This document shows, piece after piece, positions 52,314 to 64,000 of a stretch of DNA of 64,000 nucleotides. Below the pieces are notes generated by a model. It had not been told where the DNA came from. It saw only the letters and a list, made by a program, of their open reading frames with translations, and ran no database searches. Numbering within the stretch: position 1 is the stretch's first letter; the number at the start of each line of letters is the position of its first letter. A program made the translations under genes and the position numbers. Origin of the DNA: Octopus sinensis (Eukaryota); the NCBI RefSeq assembly GCF_006345805.1, contig NC_043017.1, forward strand, positions 13,454,001 through 13,518,000. The letters are read 5' to 3'.

Positions 52314-53959
52314 ACTATTTGTGACTGTGTGTGCACATGTATTTGTTTGCACAATGAGTGTTGTCACTATGGTCACTTCTATCAACAAACTGTCCCCTTG
52401 CTTCACACTCTTGAAAATGTGTAATAGATCTCTTACTTGAAAAACAGGCATGGATTAGCTACAGGAAGGGCATCAAACTATAAAACAATGCTTTAACGAT
52501 AAGATTCACCTAACCAATACTAGCATGGAAAAACTGCCAAAACAAACAACTGAATAGATACAGAGACATTTTATGGTTGAATAGTTAAACACTAAACTCA
52601 TGTGCAAAACATTTCTTTAGCTCCTCCAGCAACTCTACATGTATGTGTGTGTGTGTGTATGTATATATATATATATATACACACACACACATATATTTAG
52701 ACACAGATATAAGCAGACATATGTATATACTTACACACACACACACACACACACACCTGTGTGTGTGTATAATTCAAACAAATATGAGCTAAGAGAAATA
52801 ACTCAGGGTGATCAGTGGCATGTATATGAACAACAATTATGTGTATATGAGTAGTGATATACAACATAAAAATGTGTGTATTTACATACCTGTAATACAT
52901 GAACACATAATTAGAATAACAGAAACAGGTCACACAGCAATATAACAAAGTTAGGGTTAGTGTTAGACAGACACTTGTAATTATGAGAAATTGTAAACCT
53001 GTGCAACCCACAGCAGCATTGTGTATGGTCTTTATTGCTGACAATTGGTAGCCATTGCTATAAACACTGCGGTCAATGCTTTGTGATAATCATACAACAA
53101 ATAATGTACAACCTAAATCTACTGAGAATATCTATATATATAAAAACACAACTATGTATGTGTGCCTATACATATACATTTATGTGTGTGTATGTACAAA
53201 GATATATATATATGTGTATATATATTATACATATAGCTTCACTGGAGTCATAAATAAAAAGTACCTATATATATAGGTACTTTTTATTTGTGACTCCAAT
53301 GAAGCTATAAGGTGTTACTCGACTATGAGTTCACTGCATTTTATAGCAGAAACAGCTGAAAACTAATGAGGTTTATAAGATAATGGTTAATTCCATGGGT
53401 TCCCCTGAATCAGCTCAGGTCACAGACCTTGTGGGGCTTTAGCTGCTCCAGTGACTCTTCATGTATGTGTGTGTGCAAAATACACACATACATATATATA
53501 TTTAGACACACATATAAGTAGACATATGTATATACTTACACACATACACACACACACACATATATATGTGCATAATTCAAACAAATATGTGCTAAAAGAA
53601 ATAACTCAGGGTGGCTAGTGACATGTATATGAACAACAAGGACAAATACAGGTATATGTATATATGAGTAGTGATATACAATATAAATATGTGTGTATTT
53701 ACATACCTGTAATACATGAACACATATACACTCACATCACCCAATGACAATCCCTAAGTAAATAAAAGAATTTATCCAAATTCTTAGACAGAAGAAATTA
53801 TGGTAATATAAGAACATATTAACATAGATGTATGTACACACACACACACACAGATTCACATGAATGTGTTTATGTATGTATATATGTGTATGTGTTTGTA
53901 TTTACACACACTCATCTATACATGCACTAATATATGTGTATATGTGATATAAAAATTGC

Positions 53960-54638
53960 TAGTGCACCATTTGAGCATGGCCATTGCCAGTACCGCCTGA
54001 CTGGCCCTCGTGCCGGTAGCACGTATAAGCACCCACTACACTCTCAGAGTGGTTGGCATTAGGAAAGGCATCCAGCTGTAGAAACTCTGCCAGATCAGAT
54101 TGGAGCCTGGTGCAGCCATCTGGTTTGCCAGACCTCAGTCCAACCCATGCCAGCAATCGTCCAACCCACGCAAGCATGGAAAGCGGACGTTAAACGATGA
54201 TGATGATGATGATGATGATTATAGCCATGCACTTTTGAACATTAGCATTGTTGGTTATAACTCTTGCTTTTAAGTGGTTGGCATTAGGAAGGGCATCCAG
54301 CTGTAGAAACTCTGCCAGATCAGATTGGAGCCTGGTGCAGCCATCTGGTTTGCCAGACCTCAGTCCAACCCATGCCAGCAATCGTCCAACCCACGCAAGC
54401 ATGGAAAGCAGACGTTAAACGATGATGATGATGATGGTTATAGCCATGCACTTTTGAACATTAGCATTGTTGGTTATAACTCTTGCTTTTAAGTGGTTGG
54501 CATTAGGAAGGGCATCCAGCTGTCGAAACTCTGCCAGATCAAGATTGGAGCCTGGTGCAGCCATCTGGTTTGCCAGACCTCAGACCAACCCATGCCAGCA
54601 ATCGTCCAACCCATGCAAGCATGGAAAGCGGACGTTAA

Positions 54639-54674
<36 letters not shown>

Positions 54675-55881
54675 ATAGCCATGCATTTGAACATTAGCAT
54701 TGTTGGTTATAACTCTTGCTTTTAGTGGTTGGCATTAGGAAGGGCATCAGCTGTAGTAGAAACTCCGCCAGATCAGATTGGAGCCTGGTGCAGCCATCTG
54801 TTTGCCAGACCTCAGCCAAACCCCTGCCAGCAATCGTCCAACCCACGCAAGCATGGAAAGCAGACGTTAAACGATGATGATGATGATGGTTAGAGCCATG
54901 CACTTTTGAACTTAGCATTGTTGGTTATAACTCTTGCTTTTAAGTGGTTGGCATTAGGAAGGGCATCCAGCTGTCGAAACTCTGCCAGATCAAGATTGGA
55001 GCCTGGTGCAGCCATCTGGTTTGCCAGACCTCAGACCAACCCATGCCAGCAATCGTCCAACCCATGCCGCAATCGTCCAACCCATGCCAGCATGGAAAGC
55101 GGACGTTAAACGATGATGATGATGATGATGATGATGATTATAGCCATGCACTTTTGAACATTAGCATTGTTGGTTATAACTCTTGCTTTTAAGTGGTTGG
55201 CATTAGGAAGGGCATCCAGCTGTCGAAACTCTGCCAGATCAAGATTGGAGCCTGGTGCAGCCATCTGGTTTGCCAGACCTCAGACCAACCCATGCCAGCA
55301 ATCGTCCAACCCATGCCAGCAATCGTCCAACCCATGCCAGCATGGAAAGCGGACGTTAAATGATGATGATGATGATGATGATGATTATAGCCATGCACTT
55401 TTGAACATTAGCATTGTTGGTTATAACTCTTGCTTTTAAGTGGTTGGCATTAGGAAGGGCATCCAGCTGTCGAAACTCTGCCAGATCAAGATTGGAGCCT
55501 GGTGCAGCCATCTGGTTTGCCAGACCTCAGTCCAACCCATGCCAGCAATCGTCCAACCCATGCCAGCATGGAAAGCGGACGTTAAACGATGATGATGATG
55601 ATGATGATTATAGCCATGCACTTTTGAACATTAGCATTGTTGGTTATAACTCTTGCTTTTAAGTGGTTGGCATTAGGAAGGGCAGCCAGTGTCGAAACTC
55701 TGCCAGATCAAGATTGGAGCCTGGTGCAGCCATCTGGTTTGCCAGACCTCAGACCAACCCATGCAAGCAAGCGTCCAACCCACGCAAGCATGGAAAGCAG
55801 ACGTAAACGATGATTGATGATGATGGTTATAGCCATGCACTTTTGAACATTAGCATTGTTGGTTATAACTCTTGCTTTTAA
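53960..55881 (+). repeat. Family D element followed by a tandem array of 8 units (about 220-250 bp) of its 3' end plus about 53 bp of flank
   Basis: Units start near 54050, 54273, 54492, 54724, 54943, 55191, 55440 and 55662. Each is GTGGTTGGCATTAGG...(GAT)n + ATAGCCATGCACTTTTGAACATTAGC...GCTTTTAA. Confidence 0.95.
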
Positions 55882-55899
55882 TAGGTCAATCATTGGTTC

Positions 55900-56140
55900 C
55901 CTGTAGCTCCCATGTTGTGAATGACAAGTGTTGGTTGTGCACTTAGCTTTTATCTCAAGTTCACTCTTGTGATGGTCTCCAGAATTCTTTTTTCAAATTT
56001 TGTGAGTTGCGTACAGAATGCTTCAGTCAAGAGTGCAGGTCTAAGCATCAAGTGTTAAGGGGTCATGTGCACAGGCATGGATGTAATGGCCTTTGTAAAG
56101 AGGTACCTTTTATACTATGTTGGTAGTGCTAGACCACTTT
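55900..56140 (-). mobile_element. Possible ancient LINE fragment
   Basis: Stop-interrupted translation ...FTKAITS...QLTKFEKRILETITRV... loosely resembles RTE ORF2. Related TAATGGCCTTTGT blocks occur at about 2705 and 47655. Confidence 0.25.
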
Positions 56141-57208
56141 CGGTAGTCTAGTCAGTAACTTGTGAGCATTTTGTAGAAAACTGTTGTTGCAGTAGCCAGC
56201 TTCCTGTGTTGTAAGCCATCGATAGTATTATATTTTGTAGCATCAGCTCCATCAACTGCGATAATCCTAAGAGTTGTCTTTGAGAAAGCAGTGAGTTGAG
56301 GAAATAAATTTTGTGAGGCATTTGTCCAAAATAGACAGGTGTGCTCTGGAATGTTTTGGATTTGGTTTCATAAATAGTGGCTCCATTTTCCTAGTTTAGC
56401 TTGTCTGTGGTTTTCCATAGTATCTATGCAGTTTTATTACATGTATCTTATATAGACTCTATACACACTAATCTGTTGTCTATGAACATTGTGTACATGT
56501 GTATGTATGTATGTATGTAGGTGCAGTGAGTTGTGTGTGTGTGTCTGTTTGACTTGATATTGCATACTAATTTTAAAACAAGCAAAACCATCATTTACAA
56601 TCTTCTGTGAAAACATGTCCAGATTTGTGGAAAATATCACTTTACTTGGAAACAGGAAGGGCATCCGGCTGTAGAAAACCTGACTCAACAAATCTCATCT
56701 GACCCATGCTTGCATGGAAAAACAGATATGAAAGCAACGATGATGTTAACGAGTGATAATTTAGGCATTGTAGGGCAGTGAGCTGGCAGAATTGTTAGCA
56801 CACTGGGGAAAATGCTTAGAGGCATTTTGTCTGTCTTTATGTGCTGAGTTCAAATTCCACTAAAGCTGACTTTACTTTTCATCCCTTTCAGGGTCGATAA
56901 ATAAGTACCAGTTGAACTCTGGGGTTGATGTAATCAACTTATTCTGCATTCTTTGAAATTACAAGCCTTGTGCCAGAATTTGAAACTGATCATTTAGGCA
57001 TTGTAAGCTTCAACAACAACAAGACAAAGAAGAAGGAAAAGAAAAGGAAAAGAAACTAATATATTTTCTAACAATATTTCATGAGCCTCCAAAAAAAAAA
57101 AAAAAAAAGTCCTCTAAAAACCTACAAAAATATTAGAAAAGTCACAGAACTAAAAGCAGGAAGTATCAATATGTTATCAATATCTATTGGAATTCAATGG
57201 TTATTGAC

Positions 57209-57440
57209 AAGGCGGCGAGCTGGCAGAAACGTTAGCACGCCGGGCAAAATGCTTAGCGGTATTTCGTCTGCGTTACGTTGTGAGTTCAAATTCCGCCGAG
57301 GTCGACTTTGCCTTTCATCCTTTCGGGGTCGATAAATTAAGTACCAGTTATGCACTGGGGTCGATGTAATCGACTTAATTCCTATGTCTGTCCTTGTTTG
57401 TCCCCTCTGTGTTTAGCCCCTTGTGGGTAATAAAGAAATA
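57209..57440 (+). mobile_element. SINE family A, intact-looking copy with a perfect 10-bp TSD
   Basis: GGTTATTGAC at 57199-57208 and 57441-57450; A- and B-box-like motifs intact. Confidence 0.9.
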
Positions 57441-58523
57441 GGTTATTGACCTTTTCTTCCTCTCTTTAGTTATTTCCTCAAGGTCATCTGGTTCATTCCA
57501 AATTAAGGTATAACCTCTAATTATTTGGGCGAAATACTGGTGATATTTTGGCAGGTTTTTAAGGAATTAAAGAATAATTTTGAAATCTAGTATGTTTATT
57601 AGCTGATGTCAGTGACATTTATAATGATAGTGATGATGAATACTGATGATGAGGATGATGAAGATGTATATAAAGATTTATGTATAAGAAAAGGAAAACT
57701 GGCTTAAAAACTACCCAATGAGAAGCAAAAGTAAGCTTGCATTTGTGCACGTAAATGTATACACACATACACACACAGACTCATCATCATCACTTCAACA
57801 TCCACTTTTTGATGCTTGTAAATTTCTTAGAAAATCTGCCAGCATTTCTGTTGCCAACCGTCAGCTGTTACCAAGCAAGGTAATATTTCCTCTAGACCTA
57901 CGAACATGAACAGCACAACAGCCAGACATGCTTTCATGGAAGGCTGCAAATAATCTGCTGGCTGGTGACGTTTGTTGACAATTATTACGTGATGTCAGGA
58001 CAAGAAGAAGAAACAAACACACAAGCAGACAATAGCCCCACCCCACCCAACTCGCACACTATGAGTTACATTAATTTCCATCTGCATAAACCACTTAGAA
58101 GGTTTTGATTGGCCTGGGGCTATGGTAGTAAGCATTTACTCAAGGTGCCACACAATAGGACTGAACCTAAAGCAACATATTTAGAGAGTGAGCTATATCT
58201 ACACCAGTATATATGCATACATGTGTATGTGTGTGTCGGGTGTGTTGGGTATGTGTGTACATGCATACATGTATGCTCATGTCAGTCTATCTATCTATCT
58301 ATCTATCTATCCAATTATATATATATATGTGTGTGTATGTATACACACACATCCATCTATATCTATATAATTACCAATCTACTTATAAATACACACACAC
58401 ACACAGGTGTGTGTATATAATATATATATATATATTATATATATATATATACACATGTACACACACAAACGCACAGGTTATATATATATATATATACACA
58501 CATGTACACACACACACGCACAG

Positions 58524-58572
<49 letters not shown>

Positions 58573-58609
58573 TATTATACGTACACACACACACACAACA
58601 TATATATAT

Positions 58610-58659
<50 letters not shown>

Positions 58660-58766
58660 TAAATACCTATATATACATGCATATAGCTTTCTTTTTCTTT
58701 TTTTACTTGTTTCAGTCATCAGACTGCAGCCAAGCATATATTTAAAACATGTGCATACCTATATAC

Positions 58767-58834
<68 letters not shown>

Positions 58835-59925
58835 TACATAATATTACATATATATAATAAATTTAACTCGACCAAAAGTAATTTTTATATGCAAGACTTT
58901 AAGTAACACAAAGAATTCTTTCTGAAATCTACCTAACTGTTGGATATTAACCTGTCCATGTACTACTGAGCCCATCACCTCTACATACAATCACACTAGA
59001 AATTACTAAACTTTTATTTTTTTTAGAAAATATGAACACCAATGGGATTCCAAATTTCTAGAGTGCAGGCTAGCCCTTGCTACATAAAAGTCACACACAC
59101 ACAGTGTTAACAACAAAAAAGTACAGTGAATATGCTACAGGACAGTTGTTCTCAAGTAGGGTCCAATGGCTCCTGAGGGTCCAGTTATGATTTTGTTGTT
59201 AAAATTCATGTACAATATACTTCTACGATACACAAAATATTTAAAAAAATTTTTCATGCAATTCCTTATAATATTTAATTATAAAAATATAATAGGGTTT
59301 TTTAAACACTGAATAGCTATGAAGATCCATCCATGTAAAATAAGAATCAAAGAAATGGTTAAGAAGCATTGCAACAGCGAGTGGAAAATCCAAAGTTTCA
59401 AACAGTCCCTTCATCAGGTCAAAGTTGAAAGGAGAGAAACTAATGAGACAACAGTTTTATATCCTGCAAGAAAAACAGCAGCCTCTTTTCCTCTCTCTTT
59501 AATTTCACTTTTGTCAATTTTTCCCAAAAGAAGGATTCTCTCCAAAATGTTGAATTTTCCACTCCTCAAGACAAGTTCACTGTCCATTTTTTTGTTGATT
59601 TTACTAAATAATACAAGTGTTACCAACATAGACCAACACCAGTGCCTCTAGATTCTGTTTTATTATATACACATACATGTGTACACACTCGTATGTATGT
59701 ATGTATGTATCTGTGTATGTATACATTTATGTATGTATGTATGTATGTTGTATGTATGTATGTTATGTATACATTTATGTATGTATGTATATATGTAGTA
59801 TGTATGTTGTTGTATGTATGTATGTTATGTATGTATGTATATAATCTATCTATCTATATATATAATATATATATATATTATCTATATATATATATATATA
59901 GATATATATAATAGACATACTGCTG

Positions 59926-60262
59926 AGACCCCCTTCAGTCATGACTGACCATAGGATTGCACCTAGAAAGTCACCCTCCCAGGCACAAGTCCAGGCAAGG
60001 TTGTTTATAGAAGACCAGCAGTCGCCCATGCATACTGGCCTCCCCTCTCCATGCCACCAGTATTATCCAAGGGAAAGGCAAAGGCCAATGCAGCTTGGCA
60101 CCTGTGACATTGCAACTCATTTCTACAGCTGAGTGAACTGGAGCAACATGAAATAAAGTGTCTTGCTCAAGAACACAATACGCAGCCTGGTCTGGGATCC
60201 AAACTCGCAACCTTGCAATTGTAAGCTCGACACTTTAACCACTGAGCCATGCACCTTCACAT
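59926..60262 (-). mobile_element. SINE family E with a distinct tail
   Basis: GGCTCAGTGGTTAAAG...TGTGTTCTTGAGCAAGACACTT body followed by a tail unrelated to types 1-3. Confidence 0.7.
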
Positions 60263-60352
60263 ATATAGACATAGACCCATGATATATACAGTCTCTCTAT
60301 ATACACACATACGTAAAACAACTTTTTATATGTATAAGAAGATAGAAACAGA

Positions 60353-60384
<32 letters not shown>

Positions 60385-60436
60385 GTGGAACAAATAAAGT
60401 ATTATTGGACGCTCAGGAAAGAAGGGAAGAAGGAGG

Positions 60437-60472
60437 GTTTGACGTTTCGAGCGGAGCCTCTTCGTTGGAAAC
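60437..60472 (-). ncRNA. Degenerate minimal hammerhead-like motif
   Basis: GTTT-CCAACGA-A-GAG(GCTCCG)CTC-GAAA-CG-T-C-AAAC; core U4 and G5 altered. Confidence 0.4.
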
Positions 60473-61502
60473 ATAGGAGAAGGAAAGGTCCCGAGAAGGG
60501 AAGACAGAGGAAAAAAATAAATAAATATATGAATATATATATATATATATATATAATATATATATATAGATAGCGAGAGAGAGAGAGGAGAGAGAGAGGA
60601 GAGAGAGAGGAGAGAGAGGAGAGAGGGAGAAAGAGAGAGAGAGAAAGAGAGGAGAAGGAGAGATTTACAAAAAAAATTTTTTTTTTGTCTTTGAGTTCAC
60701 TGCAGATAAAGGCTACTGGGAGAAGAGTGAAAGTAGAGGCTAAAGTCAGCTGTATATTGGGAAGAAGAAAAGAAGATGAAAGAACAAGTTTTTAATGTAT
60801 CAATTGATAAAACCTATTTTTCAAAACTGTCAAGCTGAATGGTTAATAATCACTGTAGACATGTGTAATACATAACTATATCTTAGAACTTTTATTTCCA
60901 ACTCTTAGAAAGGGCCATTTTCTTTCAGTTTCATTCAATTATTACAGTTTTGAATTTGGTTTGTAAGATTCTTTATGTGAATTCATGTGATGAAATAAAT
61001 TTTGTTGTGTCTAAGGTGAGTCATTACACCGATATTAATACCACATGCACTAGTTCAATTCTACTCTTTTATTATTAGTCAATTGGTTAAATATCTCTCT
61101 AACTAACTTATCGATCATTTGATTAACTTGTTGACTTTAATTAACAAGTTAAACAAAATTCAATTAATTATTTATTGATTAAATCTTTTGTAACTGTATT
61201 TCCAATGAAAAATGCTGTTTAATTATTTTGTTTAATTCTTCAAAGTAACTGAAATTTTAGAAGAATTTCATAAAATACCTACTTTACTATTATTAAGTTA
61301 TTGTTTGGAATGTAACAAAAATGTTCAGACATAAAATTAACTATGTAAGGATTTTATTTTTAATGTAAATGTTTTCTGACATGGGTTGTTTAGTACTAGG
61401 GCACCAGTGGTGGTCTTGGAGGGATTAATTTAAGGGTTATAAAAATTTTCATTTAAAAGTCTTTTTAGATTTTAGATGCCAATTTTGAAACACACGCATG
61501 CA

Positions 61503-61614
61503 CACTCACTCATGTACACACACACACATACACTCACTCATGTACACACACACACATACACTCACTCATGTACACACACACACATACACTCACTCATGTA
61601 CACACACACACATA
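61503..61614. repeat. 28-bp minisatellite, 4 copies
   Basis: CACTCACTCATGTACACACACACACATA repeated four times. Confidence 0.9.
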
Positions 61615-61829
61615 CAGAGAAAAGTAATTTGCAACCCAACTGTTCTTATTCTTACATAATGAAAGTGAGATATTGGTTGTAAACATTAAAGGTTTTAAAG
61701 AATTGCTAAAGCTTTATGTAAATTGATAATGCATCAGTATTTTGAATGTTTATTAAAAGGCAACTAACTTGGTATTAGAACCTAAATTTATTAGTTTTTC
61801 TGAAAACTAACCTCAAGCAAGATGAGATA

Positions 61830-61870
<41 letters not shown>

Positions 61871-61879
61871 TAATAAGGT

Positions 61880-62820
61880 CTCAAATTTTCGCACATGGCC
61901 AACAATTCTGAGGGAAGGAGTAAGTCAATTACATCGACCCCAGTACACAACTGGTACTTATTTCTTCAAACCTGAAAGGATGAAAGGCAAAGTCGACCTT
62001 GTTGGAATTTGAACTCAGAACACGAAGACAGACGAAATGCCGCTAAGCATTTTGTCTGGCTTGCTAATGATGCTCCCAGCTCGTCACCTTAAATAATAAT
62101 AATAATAATGATGATGATGATGATAATGATATGAGCGCAAGGCTTATTTGACAGGTACTGTATTTCATGAATCAGGGAAGGTTGAAGGGCAAAGTTGACC
62201 TTGGCAGGATTTGAACTTAGAATGCAAAGGAATTTGTACAACACTCTTTCTGCCAGTTTACCACCACTCTAATAATAACTATGATAATAATCCTTTCTAC
62301 TATAGGCACAAGGCCTGAAATTGGAGGAGAGGACTTAGTCAATTACATTGACCCCAGTGCATAACTGGTACTTATTTCATTGACTCCGAAAAGATGAAAA
62401 GTCGACCTCAGCAGAATTTGAACTCAGAACATAGCAGTCGGCGAAATACCACCAAGCATTTTGTCCAGCGTGCTAATGATTCTGCCAGCTTGCTGCCTTA
62501 ACTATAATAACTATAATAATAATAATATTGAAGGTTTCAGATCTTGGCACAAGGCCAGCAATTTCGAAGGAGCAGATAAGTCTATCACATTGATCCCAGT
62601 ACTCAACTGGTACTTATTTGATCAACCCCTAAAGGATGAAAGGAAAAGCCAACCATGGTAGAATTTGAACACAGAATGTAAAGGCAGATGAAACACCACT
62701 AAGCATTTTGCCTTGTGAACTAATAACTCTGCCAGCTCGCCACCTTAATAATAATAATAATAATAATAATAATAGTAATAATAATAGTAATAGTAGTTTA
62801 TAACTTAGGCACGAGGCTAG
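61880..62820. mobile_element. Cluster of 4-5 old SINE A-related copies with (AAT)n tails
   Basis: Repeated GATGAAAGGCAAAGTCGACC...GAATTTGAACTCAG blocks separated by AAT/GAT runs. Similar clusters occur at about 1690-2150, 3190-3450 and 22350-23060. Confidence 0.7.
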
Positions 62821-64000
62821 CAATTTTAAGAAGATTAGGGTTAATCAATAAGTACCAGCAGAAATACTTGACTGGTACATTTTGGTAGTTACCACAGAAA
62901 TTTAACTTTTTTTTATTTTACTTTATATTTCTAAAAAAACTACTAGCAAAACTATACCATAACTAAGTGCTGTTTGTGTTTTAGTTCCCAACCAACCCAT
63001 AAAATTGTACAAATAATGTAATAATTTTTATGTATTTTGACAAAATTTTGCAAAGTTACCTCATAGCAGACTGGAATTTTAAAACTGAAACTACTGAGCA
63101 TCTGCCTGTAGTACTAGTAGTAGTACAAGTTTGGGTAAACTGATGCAAATGTGATAAGTTTCAAAACAAAAATGTTGACAATTGTATTTACTAGAAATTC
63201 TAGTTGTCAAAGTAAGCGTAGAAGTGGGGAAAGAGAGAGAGAAAGAAGTGACATTTCTGAATATAAATAAAAATAAACTATCAGCATATCTATTGTATAA
63301 ACATTCTTACAGTTATTTATACAAGCTTGGATTTTTCTTTTTCTTTTTTTTGTGGTGGTGAGAAAAAGAAAAGGAGAAAATGAAACAGGACAGACAACGG
63401 CCAGACCAGACCAGGCCAGGCCAGGCCAGGCTGGTCTACATCAGCGTATAGTGCAGCCAGAGACCAGACATAATTATTAGTGAAAGAACTTACCTTAAAA
63501 ACAGAGAAACAATTAAGGGAGCTAGCAGAGTAGGTAGGTCACGAGAGGAAGATGTGCAGAAGAAGCCTTAAACCAGTCTTCAGTTGCTTCACACTTATAT
63601 CTAGGAGGAGGAAGAAGGCAAGGAAAAGCTGGGGTGTGGAATATTTGGTAGCAGGAGCTGCAGTGGTGGTGGTGGTGGTGGTGGTGTTGGTTGGTGGTGG
63701 TGTTGGTCGCAGATAAAACGAAGTGGAGGAAAGTAGGAGGGAGAGCCAGTGATATAAAGATAGAAGAGAAATAGACAGAAGGGAAGAGACAGAGAGAGAA
63801 AAAGCAAGAGAGAAGAGTAAGAGACAGGGGCAGAGAGAAAAGTGAAAGAGAAGCAAAAGAGAGGGAGAGAGAGAGAGAGAAAACAGGCAGACAGACGGAC
63901 ACAGAGTGGGAGAAGAATGCGAGAAAGTTGTGTGTTGACTTTTTAGAGAAGACTGAGCCGGGTGCAAAACACAAGTAAAAAGGTTAGAAGAGGAGAGGGA

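Noticed and set aside
53960-55881. CRISPR-like repeat-spacer appearance
   Set aside because: The units are near-identical throughout with no unique spacers, and the context is eukaryotic with no cas genes.
54190-55893. Repeated ORFs with poly-H or poly-D
   Set aside because: They are frames through the SINE-tail tandem array; the poly-H/D comes from (GAT)n.
63522-63974. Overlapping S/L/F-rich ORFs of 140-150 aa
   Set aside because: Low-complexity CT/CAC sequence open in several frames.

Overview
AT-rich, repeat-dense eukaryotic genomic DNA. The SINE families and microsatellite load look like an octopus (coleoid cephalopod) genome; this is an inference from repeat recognition, not a search. 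Only one coding exon of a host gene is firmly supported: a 201-nt phase-0/0 LIM-domain exon of an FHL2/Limpet-like gene (17676-17876, minus strand). Neither neighbouring exon was found, so most of the window is probably long intron. The rest consists of several tRNA-derived SINE families, fragments of CR1, RTE, Penelope-like (GIY-YIG) and mariner elements, non-autonomous Helitrons, piggyBac- and hAT-type MITEs, microsatellites, an 8-copy SINE-tail tandem array and a 100-N assembly gap. Nearly all listed ORFs are spurious. The most interesting signal is a set of minimal type-I hammerhead-ribozyme-like motifs at Penelope-type element ends. These include a back-to-back pair inside a 140-bp hairpin whose core appears to carry a compensatory G3-C8 swap of the conserved C3-G8 pair. 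There are also several long fold-back palindromes, one of which encloses an RFX X-box next to a tRNA-like sequence.
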